Assembly: GCA_965116085.1 (NCBI GenBank)
Contig: OZ220487.1
Location: forward strand, 1,787,185 to 1,851,184
Length of the DNA stretch: 64,000 nucleotides
Source: an uncultured Candidatus Binatia bacterium
GTDB lineage: Bacteria; Desulfobacterota; Binatia; Bin18
Direction of reading: 5' to 3'
This document shows, piece by piece, positions 18,922 to 28,796 of this stretch. Position 1 is the first letter of the stretch. Each line of letters starts with the position of its first letter. The notes below the pieces were generated by a model, which saw nothing but the letters and a program-made list of their open reading frames with translations, made no database searches and was not told the origin of the DNA. Made by a program: the position numbers and the translations under genes.

Positions 18922-19467
18922 ATGGCGACATTGCGATATGCGGGGATCGGGGCGCGGGCGACACCGACGGCCGTGCTGGCGGATATGGGCGTCATCGCGG
19001 GATGGCTGGCCCGGACCGGCTGGCATCTGTCTTCCGGCGGGGCGGACGGGGCCGATGCTGCGTTTGCGGCGGGAGCGTCAGCAGAGCAGCGGACGATCTG
19101 GCTGCCGTGGCGGGGCTATAACGGGCATCGCGGCGCCGACTGCCGGACCCTGTCTCCGGCGGCGATGGCGGCAAGCCTGGAGATCGCGGCGCCCCTGCAT
19201 CCGGCCTGGGAGCGCTGTTCGCCGGCCGTGCGCAAGCTGCATGCCCGGAACGCGGCGGTGGTGCTCGGCGGGACCCTGGAGCGCCCGGTCGATGCGGTCG
19301 TGTGCTGGAGCGAACGCGGCGCGTCAACCGGCGGCACGGGCATGGCCATCCGCATCGCCCGGACCCGCGGCATCCCGGTGCTGAACCTGGGGTCGATGCC
19401 GCCGCGCGCCGTCTGTGAGCGCCTGGCCGCGATCCGCCGCGCCGTCCCCCCGTGTAGAGAGGAGTGA
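18922..19467 (+). CDS. SLOG/DprA-like Rossmann-fold protein
   Basis: Carries RYAGIGAR.TP, SSGGADGADAAFAAGA and GGTGMAIRIARTRGIPVLNL. Confidence 0.6.
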   Translation: MATLRYAGIGARATPTAVLADMGVIAGWLARTGWHLSSGGADGADAAFAAGASAEQRTIWLPWRGYNGHRGADCRTLSPAAMAASLEIAAPLHPAWERCSPAVRKLHARNAAVVLGGTLERPVDAVVCWSERGASTGGTGMAIRIARTRGIPVLNLGSMPPRAVCERLAAIRRAVPPCREE

Positions 19468-19578
19468 GGCGCCTGCCGGGCGAGTGTCCGGCAGGGCGGA
19501 GGAGAGGACTCCCCGCCGATGCCGGATCGGTGTCCGGCACAGGTTGCCGGGCAGGGCAACGGCAGAGGAGTTCCCGCC

Positions 19579-19848
19579 ATGTTTCATCCCGATACATCCC
19601 TCGACCTTCCGACCGGCTGCGACCTGCTCGCCGAACTCGGCGTCGACCGCCGCACCGTCCGCGAGATCACGGAGGACGAGCGCGCCATCCGCTGTCCCGA
19701 CCGGGGCGCGGCCTGTCCGGTGCACGGCTTCGCGAGCCTCTTCCCGGAACCGGCCCTCGGGATGTCCCTCCAGGAAGCGGCGCCGGCGGAGCTCCGGGAC
19801 CCGGCGGCGCCGCTCCCTCCGGCGAACTGGAGGTGGAGGAGGGCCTGA
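19579..19848 (+). CDS. Hypothetical protein
   Basis: ATG 19579 is preceded by GAGGAG. The sequence starts MFHPDTSLDLPTGCDLLAELGVDRRTVREI... No family was recognised. Confidence 0.3.
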   Translation: MFHPDTSLDLPTGCDLLAELGVDRRTVREITEDERAIRCPDRGAACPVHGFASLFPEPALGMSLQEAAPAELRDPAAPLPPANWRWRRA

Positions 19849-19940
19849 AGAGATTGAACGGGCGGGGGGTCGGGAGGGTGTCCCGGCCTCCGGTCGTTCG
19901 CAACCCATCGTCATGAACGCGAACCTGAAGGAGTATCGCA

Positions 19941-20384
19941 ATGAGCTTCGGACTGAACAAGGTGCAGATCATCGGCCGCCTCGGCGCGGACGTCACCGTC
20001 AACCACCTCGCCTCGGGCGGGCGCGTCGCCAACCTGAGCATCGCGATCGACGAGTGGTTCATCAACAAGCAGACCGGCGAGAAGGTCGACAGGACCGAGT
20101 GGCACCGGGTCGTGACCTTCCAGGACGGGCTGATCGACATGCTCGGGAAGCACGCCACCAAGGGCCGGCTGGTCTACATCGACGGCAAGCTCCAGACCCG
20201 GCGCTGGTCGAAGCCGGGCGAGGACGGCGACCGCTTCTCGACCGAGATCCTGCTGGTCCCCGGCGGGCGCGTCCAGTTCCTCGACAAGCCGAACGGCAAC
20301 GCCGCGCAGCCCGGCCCGGACGCGGCGGACGGCTCCGCGCCGGCCGGCGGCGACCCGATGGACGGGGACGAGATCCCGTTCTAG
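19941..20384 (+). CDS. ssb: Single-stranded DNA-binding protein
   Basis: OB-fold N-terminus (NKVQIIGRLGADV...TEWHRVV), a Gly/Pro/Ala-rich tail and an acidic C-terminus DGDEIPF. Confidence 0.95.
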   Translation: MSFGLNKVQIIGRLGADVTVNHLASGGRVANLSIAIDEWFINKQTGEKVDRTEWHRVVTFQDGLIDMLGKHATKGRLVYIDGKLQTRRWSKPGEDGDRFSTEILLVPGGRVQFLDKPNGNAAQPGPDAADGSAPAGGDPMDGDEIPF

Positions 20385-20410
20385 AGCTTCCCGTTCTTCC
20401 TTCCCCACAG

Positions 20411-20441
20411 GGCCGGCGCCTCGCGCGCCGGCCTTTTTTTT
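20411..20441 (+). terminator. Rho-independent terminator after ssb
   Basis: 9-bp GC stem GGCCGGCGC/GCGCCGGCC with a 5-nt loop, followed by T8. Confidence 0.85.
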
Positions 20442-20573
20442 GCAGCCGAACCGGAGGCGGTCCGTCCGGGCGCCGCGCCCGCGCCTGGCGCGGGTCGCTC
20501 GCCTTCCGGCGCCGTCCAGAGGCGGAGGGCGGCCGGTATCGGGCGTCCCGCTCGACCTGGAAGGAAGTCCCGC

Positions 20574-21689
20574 ATGCAGCACCAACCGTCTCCCGCCGCC
20601 GCCATCGCCGCCGCGCTTGCCGCGCGCGCCGAGGCGGTCTGCCGACGCTATCTGCCCCATGGCCGCCGGCAGGGCCACTACTGGATCTGCGGCGACCTCG
20701 ACGGCGCCCGCGGACGCTCGCTCTTCGTCCGCCTCTCCGGACCCGGCACGCCGGGGAAGTGGACCGATGCGGCCCGGGGCATGCACGGCGACCTGCTCGA
20801 TCTGGTCCGCTACCGCTCGGGCGCGCCGACGCTGCGCGCGGCGCTCGACGAGGCGTGCGCCTTCCTCGCCCTGGAGCCTGACCCGGACAGTGCCCGGACT
20901 TGTTCCGGGTATCCGGGAACCCCGGACGCACCCTGGGACGCGACAGAGGCTGCCCGCCGCCTGTGGCGGCGCTGCCGCGCCATTGCCGGCAGCCACGCCG
21001 AGCGCTACCTGCATGCCCGGGGTCTCGCGCGCTGCCGTTTCGCGGCGCTGCGCTATCACCCGGAGCTTCGCTACCGCGAAGGCTCCCTGGTGCGCCGCCT
21101 CCCGGCGCTGGTCGCCGCCGTCACCGGCGACGACGGTGCCATCCTCGGTGTGCAGCGCACCTGGCTCGATCCCCGCGCACCCGCCAAGGCGGACGTCGCC
21201 GCGCCGCGCAAGGCGCTCGGACGCATCCACGGCCTCGCGGTGCGCTTCGGCGCGCCTGCCGGTCACGCGCCGCTCGTCGTCGGCGAGGGCATCGAGACGG
21301 TCCTCTCGCTGGTCACCGCCGTGCCCGAGATCACGGCCACCGCCGCGCTCGCGGCCGGGAGCCTCGGCGCGTTCGCGCCGCCGCCCGGCCTCGCGCGGCT
21401 GGTCATCGCGCAGGACAATGACGAGCACGGCGCGCTCGCGGCCGAACGCCTCGCCCGGCGCTGCGCGCGGGCCGGCGTCGCCGCCACCGTCATCCTGCCC
21501 GCCGGCAACGATTTCAACGACGACCTCGTCGCCCTCGGCCCGGCAACGCTCCGCGCCCGCTTCGCGCCGCTGTTCCGTACCGCCGCCTGCGCCTCCGGCT
21601 CCCCGGCCGGCGCGGGCTCCCGGTCCGCTGAAGGAAGAGGAGAGCGGAGGGTCGGGCAAGCCGACCCGAAGAGTGGAGGGAGTTCATGA
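20574..21689 (+). CDS. Toprim-domain protein (ICE/plasmid primase-like)
   Basis: Carries VVGEGIETVLSL and IAQDNDEHG...GNDFNDDL. There is an ATGA overlap with the next gene. Confidence 0.8.
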   Translation: MQHQPSPAAAIAAALAARAEAVCRRYLPHGRRQGHYWICGDLDGARGRSLFVRLSGPGTPGKWTDAARGMHGDLLDLVRYRSGAPTLRAALDEACAFLALEPDPDSARTCSGYPGTPDAPWDATEAARRLWRRCRAIAGSHAERYLHARGLARCRFAALRYHPELRYREGSLVRRLPALVAAVTGDDGAILGVQRTWLDPRAPAKADVAAPRKALGRIHGLAVRFGAPAGHAPLVVGEGIETVLSLVTAVPEITATAALAAGSLGAFAPPPGLARLVIAQDNDEHGALAAERLARRCARAGVAATVILPAGNDFNDDLVALGPATLRARFAPLFRTAACASGSPAGAGSRSAEGRGERRVGQADPKSGGSS

Positions 21690-22036
21690 AAGCCGTCGTC
21701 AACCTGAAAACCGAGATCCGGCTGCGCGAAGAGTTCGAATACGCGCATGTCGTCGACAACACCGTGCTGATCGACCGCCGCACCAGGTGGGGCAATCCGT
21801 TCCGCATCGGCCAGGACCGCGCGCAGGCGATCGCCCGCTATCGCGCCGACCTCTGGCGCCGCATCCGCGCGGGCGAGATTACCCTCGAAGAGCTGGCCGA
21901 ACTGGACGGCTGCTGGCTCGCCTGCTGGTGCGAGCCGCTGCCCTGCCACGGCGATGTCCTCGCCCGGGCCGCGGAATGGGCATCCGGGCAGCTGGCGCAG
22001 CGCAACACCGGCCGGACGGAAGGAGGCGCGTCATGA
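21686..22036 (+). CDS. DUF4326-family protein
   Basis: Carries RWGNPFRIG...YR..LW...LACWCEPLPCHGDVL. Confidence 0.75.
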   Translation: MKAVVNLKTEIRLREEFEYAHVVDNTVLIDRRTRWGNPFRIGQDRAQAIARYRADLWRRIRAGEITLEELAELDGCWLACWCEPLPCHGDVLARAAEWASGQLAQRNTGRTEGGAS

Positions 22037-22260
22037 GCACCATCTCCTTCCGCCGCATCGCCCCCGACGAATCCCGCATCTACCGGGACGGCGACCATGT
22101 CGGCGACATCCACGCCTTCGACGACAGCACCCGGCCGGGGCACAGGGTGTTCGCCATACACCTCGACGAAGACCCGCGCGGCCCCGTCTATCTCCACGAC
22201 CGCGCCCGCATCCGCGAGACCGCCCGGCAGCGGGTCGACTCCCATCCCCTGTGGAACTGA
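22033..22260 (+). CDS. Hypothetical 75-aa protein
   Basis: ATG 22033 forms an ATGA overlap with the DUF4326 gene stop. GGAAGGAGG lies upstream. The sequence starts MSTISFRRIAPDESRIYRDGDHVGDIHAF... Confidence 0.5.
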   Translation: MSTISFRRIAPDESRIYRDGDHVGDIHAFDDSTRPGHRVFAIHLDEDPRGPVYLHDRARIRETARQRVDSHPLWN

Positions 22261-22585
22261 CGCAAGGGCGGGCAGGGCCGGAAATCCTTCCCGGCGCCGT
22301 GCCGGGACGAAACGACGATGGGGTCCGTGCAGGGCCAGAGAAATACGCCACCCCGCTGTGATCTCCAATCGTGTCACACGTGCTCCCTACGCCAACCCCT
22401 GCGGGGTCCTCCACTCCGCTGACGCTCCGTTCCGGCCGGGACTCGGAATGAAACGGCGCAAGCGCCTAGGCCTGACGGCATGCGCGACCGTGGCTCCGCA
22501 CTCGCTGCGCTCGCTTGTGCGCCCGCACCACTCGCGCATCCCGCCAGGCCATTCATTCCGGCCCCGGTGACTGCGGTCCGCGCGC

Positions 22586-24268
22586 GTGTCCCGACAGGAC
22601 ATCACAACGGGGATCGGCCCCGAACGTGAAAACCGAAAGGAAAACGACATGACCTTCCATACCGATACCACCGAAACCGCCGCGCAGTCCGCAACCGCGA
22701 TCGTCTGCGACCTGGCGGAAGAGTTCTCGTCGATCCATGTGGTGAACCTGCGGGGTAATGCCCGGACATCGGGGGAACGCCGCCGCTCGGAAGGCGATAA
22801 CGCCTTCGGCCAGGGGTCCCGGGCGCCGGTCGCGGTCACCGTCCTCGCGAAGAATCCGGACGCGCAGCATGACGGCTGCCGCATCCTCTACCGCGACATC
22901 GGCGATTATCTCTCCCGCGAGGACAAGCTGGGGCTGTTGCGCGAGTGGGGGTCGATCGCCAGCGTCACGGACTGGGAGGAGACCGCCCCCGACCGGCACC
23001 ACGACTGGATCGGCCAGCGCGACGAGGCGTTCCGGGCGCTCTATCCCCTGGGATCGAAGACGGCGAAGGCGGGCAGAACGGACGAGGCGGTGTTCCGGCT
23101 GTTCAGCAATGGGTACAAGTCGGGTCGGGATTCGTATGTCTACAATTTCGACCGTGAGGCTTGCGCTGCCAGCGCCCGCAGGATGGTGGACGATTACCGC
23201 AGGGCCTTGCGGGAACTGTATGATGCGGCAGACGCGAACGCCGAAAAGCCGGACATCGAGGAAATCGCAAGGCGCCATTCCTCATATCTGCGATGGGACG
23301 ATAAGCTGAAACAGCAGCTTCGGAGACGAACGGAGGCAGCATTTTTCGAAGACTGTATCCGAAAGATAGCGTATCGGCCGTTCGTCAAACTACATCTGTA
23401 TGCCGATCCAACATTTGCTCAGCGTGCAGCCCTCACAGGAGACATCTTCCCCACCGCCGAGACAGGGAACCGTGCGATCTGCGTCCCGGGGGTCGGCTCG
23501 ACCAAGCCGTTCTCCGCGCTCGTCGTCGATACGATGCCGGACCTGGAGCTGATCTCGAAGGGCCAGTGCTTCCCGCGATACCGCTATGAGCGCCGCGACA
23601 ACCAGCAGAGCCTGCCCGGCATGGGGCCGCCGTCGGAGCGCATCGACAACATTGCCGACACCGCGTTGCGCGCCTTCCGGGTGCGCTACGGCGACAGCGC
23701 GATAACGAAGGACGCGATCTTCGACTATGTCTACGGCGTTCTGCATGCGCCTTCATACCGCGAGCGTTTTGCCAACGACCTGGCGAAGGAGTTGCCGCGC
23801 ATTCCGTTCGCCGACGATTTCCATGCCTTCGCCGAGGCCGGCCGCCGCCTCGCGGCACTGCATCTCGGCTACGAAACCTGCGAGGAATATCCGCTGCGGC
23901 TCGACTATGCCGGGAAGGGGGAGCCCGTGCCCGCACAGTTCCGGCTCGGCCAGCGCGCCATGCGCTTCGCCGACGCGGACCGGACCGTTCTCATCGTCAA
24001 CGACCTGGTCCGCCTGTCGGGCATCCCCCCGCAAGCACACGAGTATCGGGTCAATGGGCGCACCCCGCTCGAATGGCTGATCGACCGTTACCGTATCGTC
24101 CGCGACCGGCAGAGCGGCATCGTCAATGACCCCAACGGCTGGTTCGACGACCCGCGCGACCTGATACCGGCGCTGCGCCGCATTGTGCAGGTCAGCGTGG
24201 AGACCGTTGCCATCATTGCGGGCCTTCCCTGTCCGTTCGCGGAACTGCGGGAACAGTCGGTCGGAGAG
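22586..24268 (+). pseudogene. Type ISP restriction-modification enzyme, C-terminal region only (N-terminal helicase/methylase part absent; last codons split off by IS4)
   Basis: Carries CFPRYRYE, YVYGVLHAPSYRERFANDLAKELPRIPF, EYRVNGRTPLEWLIDRY and IVNDPNGW. No methyltransferase motifs lie upstream. The reading frame enters IS4 sequence at 24269. Confidence 0.7.
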
Positions 24269-25544
24269 CACGGCTGTCCGGTTTATTTTTGTGGACGGGT
24301 TGCATGGCATTGATTCTACTGGCGTCCAAGCGTTTGGGAACGTTTTGGACACGAAGGAGGCTCAATGCCATGCGCCACCACAATAGCGTTTTGCACGACC
24401 TGTTGAAGTACATTCCCTGGGCCGTGTTCGACCGTCTGGTGGCGGCGCATAAAGCGGACCGTCGAGTGCGGTGCCTTCGCAGCCGGGACCAGTTGATCGC
24501 GCTGCTTTACGGCCAGCTTTCTGGAGCGGGGAGCCTGCGGGAGATCGTAGGCGGCCTGCACAGCCACAAGGCGCGCCTCTATCATGTGGGCGGTCGTGCC
24601 GTGCAGCGTTCGACGCTGGCCGACGCCAATGCCAAACGCCCGGCAGGGTTGTTCGCGGCGCTGTTTGCCGAGATGGTCGGTTGCGCGCGTCGGGGCCTGC
24701 GGCGCAAGATCGGCGAGGCGACCTACCTGATCGACGCGACCGGCGTTCGCCTGGGCGGGCGGGGGTCTGAATGGGCGCATTTCTCGTCCAAGGCCTGCGG
24801 GGCCAAGGTTCATGTGGTCTACGATGCCGAGGCCGGGCAGCCGATCTATGCGTCGGTCACGGCGGCGAAGGTCAACGACATCACGGCGGCGAAGGAGATG
24901 CCGGTCGAGGCCGGCGCGACTTACGTGTTCGACCTCGGCTACTACGATTACGGCTGGTGGGCGGCGCTGGACAGCGCCGGCTGCCGCATCGTCACCCGGT
25001 TCAAGTCCAACACGCCGTTGAAGGAGAGCGTCGAGCGCGCCCTGCCCGAAGACGAAGACGGCAACATTCTCTCGGACCGCATCGGCCTGTTGGCGCAACG
25101 CTAGGCCCGGAGCCGCAAGAACCCGTTCTCCAAGCCGGTGCGCGAAGTACAGGTCAGGACCGACACCGGCAAGGTGCTGCGCATCCTCTCCAACGACCTC
25201 AAGGCCCCGGCCCGGGAGATTGCCGATCTCTACAAGCGGCGCTGGGCCGTCGAGTTGTTCTTCCGCTGGGTCAAGCAGAACCTCAAGATCAAGCACTTCC
25301 TCGGCGTCAGCGAAAATGCCGTGCGCATCCAGGTCGCCGTCGCCCTGATCGCCTATCTGCTGCTCAGCATCGCCCAGGCCGCCCAGAGCGCCGTCAAATT
25401 CCCCCTCGCCTTCGCCCGCCTCGTGCGCGCCAACCTCATGCACCGAAAGCGCATCGACTGCCTCATCGCACCCCATATCCCGCCCCCCAAATGCAACAAA
25501 CAAACCGCAATACAATGGCCCCTGACATAAACCGGACAGCCGTG
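24269..25544 (+). mobile_element. IS4-family insertion sequence with 9-bp target-site duplication
   Basis: Perfect 18-bp terminal inverted repeats CACGGCTGTCCGGTTTAT (24269-24286, and the reverse complement of 25527-25544). Direct repeats GTCGGAGAG lie at 24260-24268 and 25545-25553. Confidence 0.95.
24370..25530 (+). pseudogene. IS4-family transposase interrupted by one in-frame TAG
   Basis: ORFs 24289-25104 and 25138-25530 are in the same frame, separated by TAG 25102-25104. Motifs include YLIDATG, YVFDLGYYDY and YKRRWAVELFFRWVKQ. Confidence 0.85.
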
Positions 25545-25558
25545 GTCGGAGAGCGACC

Positions 25559-27001
25559 ATGACGGTCGAGCGGATCGCGCGAATGGTATCGGCGGGTGAA
25601 TCCGAAACGCTTGAGTTCAAGACCACGACCGGGACGCGCCGCGAGGCGGTACGAACCGTCTGCGCGATGCTTAACCAGCAGGGTGGTCTGGTCCTGTTCG
25701 GCATCACGCCGGAAGGCCGCGTGGTGGGCCAGCAGGTGAGCGAACGCACAATCGAGGAGGTGAGCGCTGAGCTCTCCAGAATAGATCCGCCCGCTTTTCC
25801 GGCGATTGAGCGCATCCCAGTTAAAGAAGGTCTCGAGGTCGTCGCCGTCACTGTCGTGCGTGGGCAAGCCGGACCCTACATGTACCGTGGCAACGGTACC
25901 GGCGGGTCGGCAACACCACCGTCGAGATACACACGGGCGAGTACCGCCAAATGCTCTTCGAGCGCATGCACAGCGAGCGGCGCTGGGGAGAACCAGCCTG
26001 CGGAGGGGTGGTCGGTCGACGAACTGGACGCACACGAAATACGCACCACCGTGGAGGAAGCGGTGCGGCGAGGCCGGATCGAAGATCCCGGCACCCGCGA
26101 ACCCGGCGATCTGCTTCGCGGCCTCGGACTTTACCGGGACGGAATACTGTGGCGGGCGGCGGTTGCGCTGTTCGGCACCGAGGAACGGATCACTTTCGAC
26201 ATGCCGCAGTGCCTGCTCCGCGTCGCGCGCTTCCGGGGTATTGATCGCACGGAGTTTGTCGACAATCGTCAATTTCATGGCAACGCCTTTTCACTGCTCA
26301 AGGCCGCCGAACGCTTCCTGCGCGACAGCCTGCCCATCGCGGGTCACATTGAGGACGGCCGCATTGAGCGAATCGACGAGCCGCTCATTCCTCCACTTGC
26401 GACGCGCGAGGCGCTGGCGAACGCGCTTTGCCATCGTGACTATTCTATCGGCGGCGGTTCCGTGGGCGTTGCGATCTACGATGATCGCTTGGAAGTCACG
26501 CCGGCCGGGACGCTGCATTTCGGACTGACGCCCGAAAAGCTGTTTGCACCGCACGAGTCGATACCCTGGAATCCGCTGCTCGCCGATGTCTTCTACCGTC
26601 GCGGCATCATTGAGCGCTGGGGACGTGGAACGCTGAAGATGGCGGAAGTGACAATCGCAACTGGATTACCGCAGCCCGAAATCGAGGATGCTGGAGGGTG
26701 CGTGACGGTTAGATTCCGCCATCCGTCGGCATCAATGCATATCGTCGCGAAAGAGCGTACGGCCGTTGCCGACGAATCAAATGTGCAGGTGCAGAAATTG
26801 AGCGAGGTGCAGCGGAGCGTCCTTGATCTTTTGGACCATACCGACCATCCTCTAGCACTTCGCGAAATACACGCTCGTTTGGCTGGATCTCTGAGTCTTC
26901 GTCAGGTGAAGAGGGTATTGGGCCGATTGCGGGAACTCGGATTTGCAACATCGACGGGTCACGGGGTATCGGCTCGATGGAACCGCGCGCAAGGACAATA
27001 G
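25559..27001 (+). CDS. AlbA_2 (Schlafen-like) + HATPase_c_4-type putative DNA-binding/ATPase protein
   Basis: Carries ESETLEFKTT..., LANALCHRDY, GGSVGVAIYDDRLEVTPAG and IIERWGRGTLKM. A roughly 30-codon stretch (about 25895-25990) looks out of frame. Confidence 0.75.
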   Translation: MTVERIARMVSAGESETLEFKTTTGTRREAVRTVCAMLNQQGGLVLFGITPEGRVVGQQVSERTIEEVSAELSRIDPPAFPAIERIPVKEGLEVVAVTVVRGQAGPYMYRGNGTGGSATPPSRYTRASTAKCSSSACTASGAGENQPAEGWSVDELDAHEIRTTVEEAVRRGRIEDPGTREPGDLLRGLGLYRDGILWRAAVALFGTEERITFDMPQCLLRVARFRGIDRTEFVDNRQFHGNAFSLLKAAERFLRDSLPIAGHIEDGRIERIDEPLIPPLATREALANALCHRDYSIGGGSVGVAIYDDRLEVTPAGTLHFGLTPEKLFAPHESIPWNPLLADVFYRRGIIERWGRGTLKMAEVTIATGLPQPEIEDAGGCVTVRFRHPSASMHIVAKERTAVADESNVQVQKLSEVQRSVLDLLDHTDHPLALREIHARLAGSLSLRQVKRVLGRLRELGFATSTGHGVSARWNRAQGQ

Positions 27002-27444
27002 ACCCAATTGGACCGGCCCTATCGGGTCTAATGGAGGGCCATTGGAAGACAAGCAGAAGTCCGTACCTCGTGGAGAGACACTTCCGGAAATCTCTGATCG
27101 AACAGTTGGAGGTTCATCTTGTGGAGACCGGGCGTTCAACGAAACGTCCCGAAAGCACTAAATTATCCGGATAAATCAAATGGTTGTGACGGATCAGACC
27201 GGGACTTCGATCAAATGTCGGTCTCGGTGGTTGCCAGCCCCCGCAACCAGATTTATCTAATAAATACAACGTAATCCGGTTCAGCCCGGTACCATTTCCG
27301 CACCGCGGTATATGCAGGGGTGTGGCTCTACTGAAGCCTCAATCAATTAGTTTTCCTGAAATTGGGATCAGATGCAGTCTCGCGCAAACGACACTTATCC
27401 TTTCCTTAAGCCTGCATGCCTACCATGGGCGATGGGTATCTGAA

Positions 27445-27520
27445 CTAGGGCCTGTTACCACTCATATGCAGGATTATGGTCTCCTCGGTGTATGGAACTC
27501 ACGCAAGCGCAAGACTATCG
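27445..27520 (+). mobile_element. Terminal fragment of an IS5-family (IS427-like) element
   Basis: CTAGGGCCTGTTACCACTCAT matches the ends at 43710-43728 and 58645/59385. About 70 bp of similarity to the 59385-side end of the 58645-59385 copy follows, then it diverges. Confidence 0.6.
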
Positions 27521-27684
27521 CCTATTTGCCTTTCTTTGATGGCCTCAACGACGTGAGTTCTGGCTTTGCTTTTCGCGGTTTTCACCGACATGGGACGCCC
27601 GTCTACGGTGCTGCGACCGATTTTGGTTGATTTAGCCATTCTGGCTTCCCCCCCCCCTTCAGGGTAGTTGCCCACTAGAGCGGC

Positions 27685-28760
27685 TTCGTTTCATGTGGGT
27701 TCATCTCCGCAGGCAGGGAAGCAGCTGCGAGCGTCGTGTGGCGTGCCGGCGGTCGCTGGCGTGGCGGAGGGCCTCCCAGCGGGCATGTCCGGAGCGTGCT
27801 GCGGCCTGTTGCAGGAGCGCCTTGATCTGGGAGCAGGCCCTCGCGCTGGGGGGGTGCCGTCGGGACGGTAGGGCGGCCGGAACAGGAGGCCGGCGCCTGG
27901 GGCCGTGAGGGCTTCGCGGAGGGCGAGGGGCTTGTGGGCCGGGAGGGGATCGCGGAGGACGCGGGGGCCGGGCGTCAGGGCCGGGGCCAGGACCTGTGCG
28001 CCAGAGGCCAGGCCGGCGGCCCCGGTCCGCGCGCCCTTGCTGGTCCTCGGCGCGCCCCCGCCATCGAGCGTGAGGCCGGCGACCCAGGGGGGGGCTTCCC
28101 GTGGCCCTGGGGGACGGGAGCGCGGCAACGCGCGCCCCTGGGAGCGCGCCCCTCCCCTGCGGGCCCTCTGGGGCGAGGGCCCGCTTGCGTCGATGCAGAG
28201 CCGGCGCGCGGGGGCAAGGGCGGGCGGGTCTGCGCACCAGACGGGGCGCGGGCGGGCGCCGTCCGGGCGGGGCTGCTCGGCCGCAGGGGCCGGCTTTTGT
28301 GGCGCGTCCGGCCGCGACGCGTGCAGACCCCGTGCCCCACGCGGGGCGGCGGGCGATCGCCGCCCCGCCCCCTCGAGCTTGGCCGCGCTCGCCGGGTGGG
28401 GCCGGGCGGGCGCCGCCTCGACCTACGCCAGGAGCAGCTCGCCATGACCCTCTATGCGCCCCGGACGGCGCCCGCCGCGAGGCTGCGGCGACAGAGCGCC
28501 GGTCCGGCGCGAGGGGGGGGACCCCGCGGAGCGCAGACGCCCCCCCCCCCGCCCAAGCGCGCCGCCGCCGGCCGACGGGACCTCCCGGTCTCGACCGCCG
28601 CAACACCACGACGACGCAGAGCAACAGCAAGAGAGTGCGCCCTACGAGCGGGCCTCCTGCACCAGCGCCCAGCGTGCATCACCTCATCAACCGATGGGGA
28701 CTCCCCCGCCGATTCAATCCCCTGCGCATTCGCCCTAGAGCGTTTTGACTTCATTCAGAG
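27685..28760 (-). pseudogene. Degenerate IS630-family transposase
   Basis: Recognisable pieces across several frames: HKPLALREAL..LLFRPPYRPD and IKALLQQAAARS...WEAL. It is extremely GC-rich with G/C homopolymer runs. Boundaries are approximate. Confidence 0.6.
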
Positions 28761-28796
28761 TCATTTGGGGGATTCCCAAATCGTGTGGTGAGTGCT

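Noticed and set aside
19911-22260. 582-aa minus-strand ORF (19911-21659) and 606-aa plus-strand ORF (20440-22260).
   Set aside because: They overlap the ssb, Toprim and DUF4326 genes in other frames or on the other strand. Both are low-complexity R/A/P/G sequence. Only the last 75 codons of the plus ORF (22033-22260) were kept, as a separate small gene.
27185-27260. tRNA-like 3' fragment (…GATCGAAGTCCCGGTC…ACAACCA on the minus strand) as a possible att site.
   Set aside because: I could not fold a T-arm with a 7-nt loop or a matching acceptor stem. The resemblance is superficial.
27499-27639. 46-aa minus-strand ORF MAKSTKIGRSTVDGRPMSVKTAKSKARTHVVEAIKERQ...
   Set aside because: It is shorter than the ORF-track cutoff and runs into the IS5-type end fragment, so it is probably truncated. 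Its resemblance to small conserved proteins is only a vague recollection.
27701-28630. 309-aa and other long ORFs on both strands of the 27.7-28.8 kb tract.
   Set aside because: They are extreme Arg/Pro/Ala low-complexity sequence. The tract is better explained as a decayed IS630 copy.
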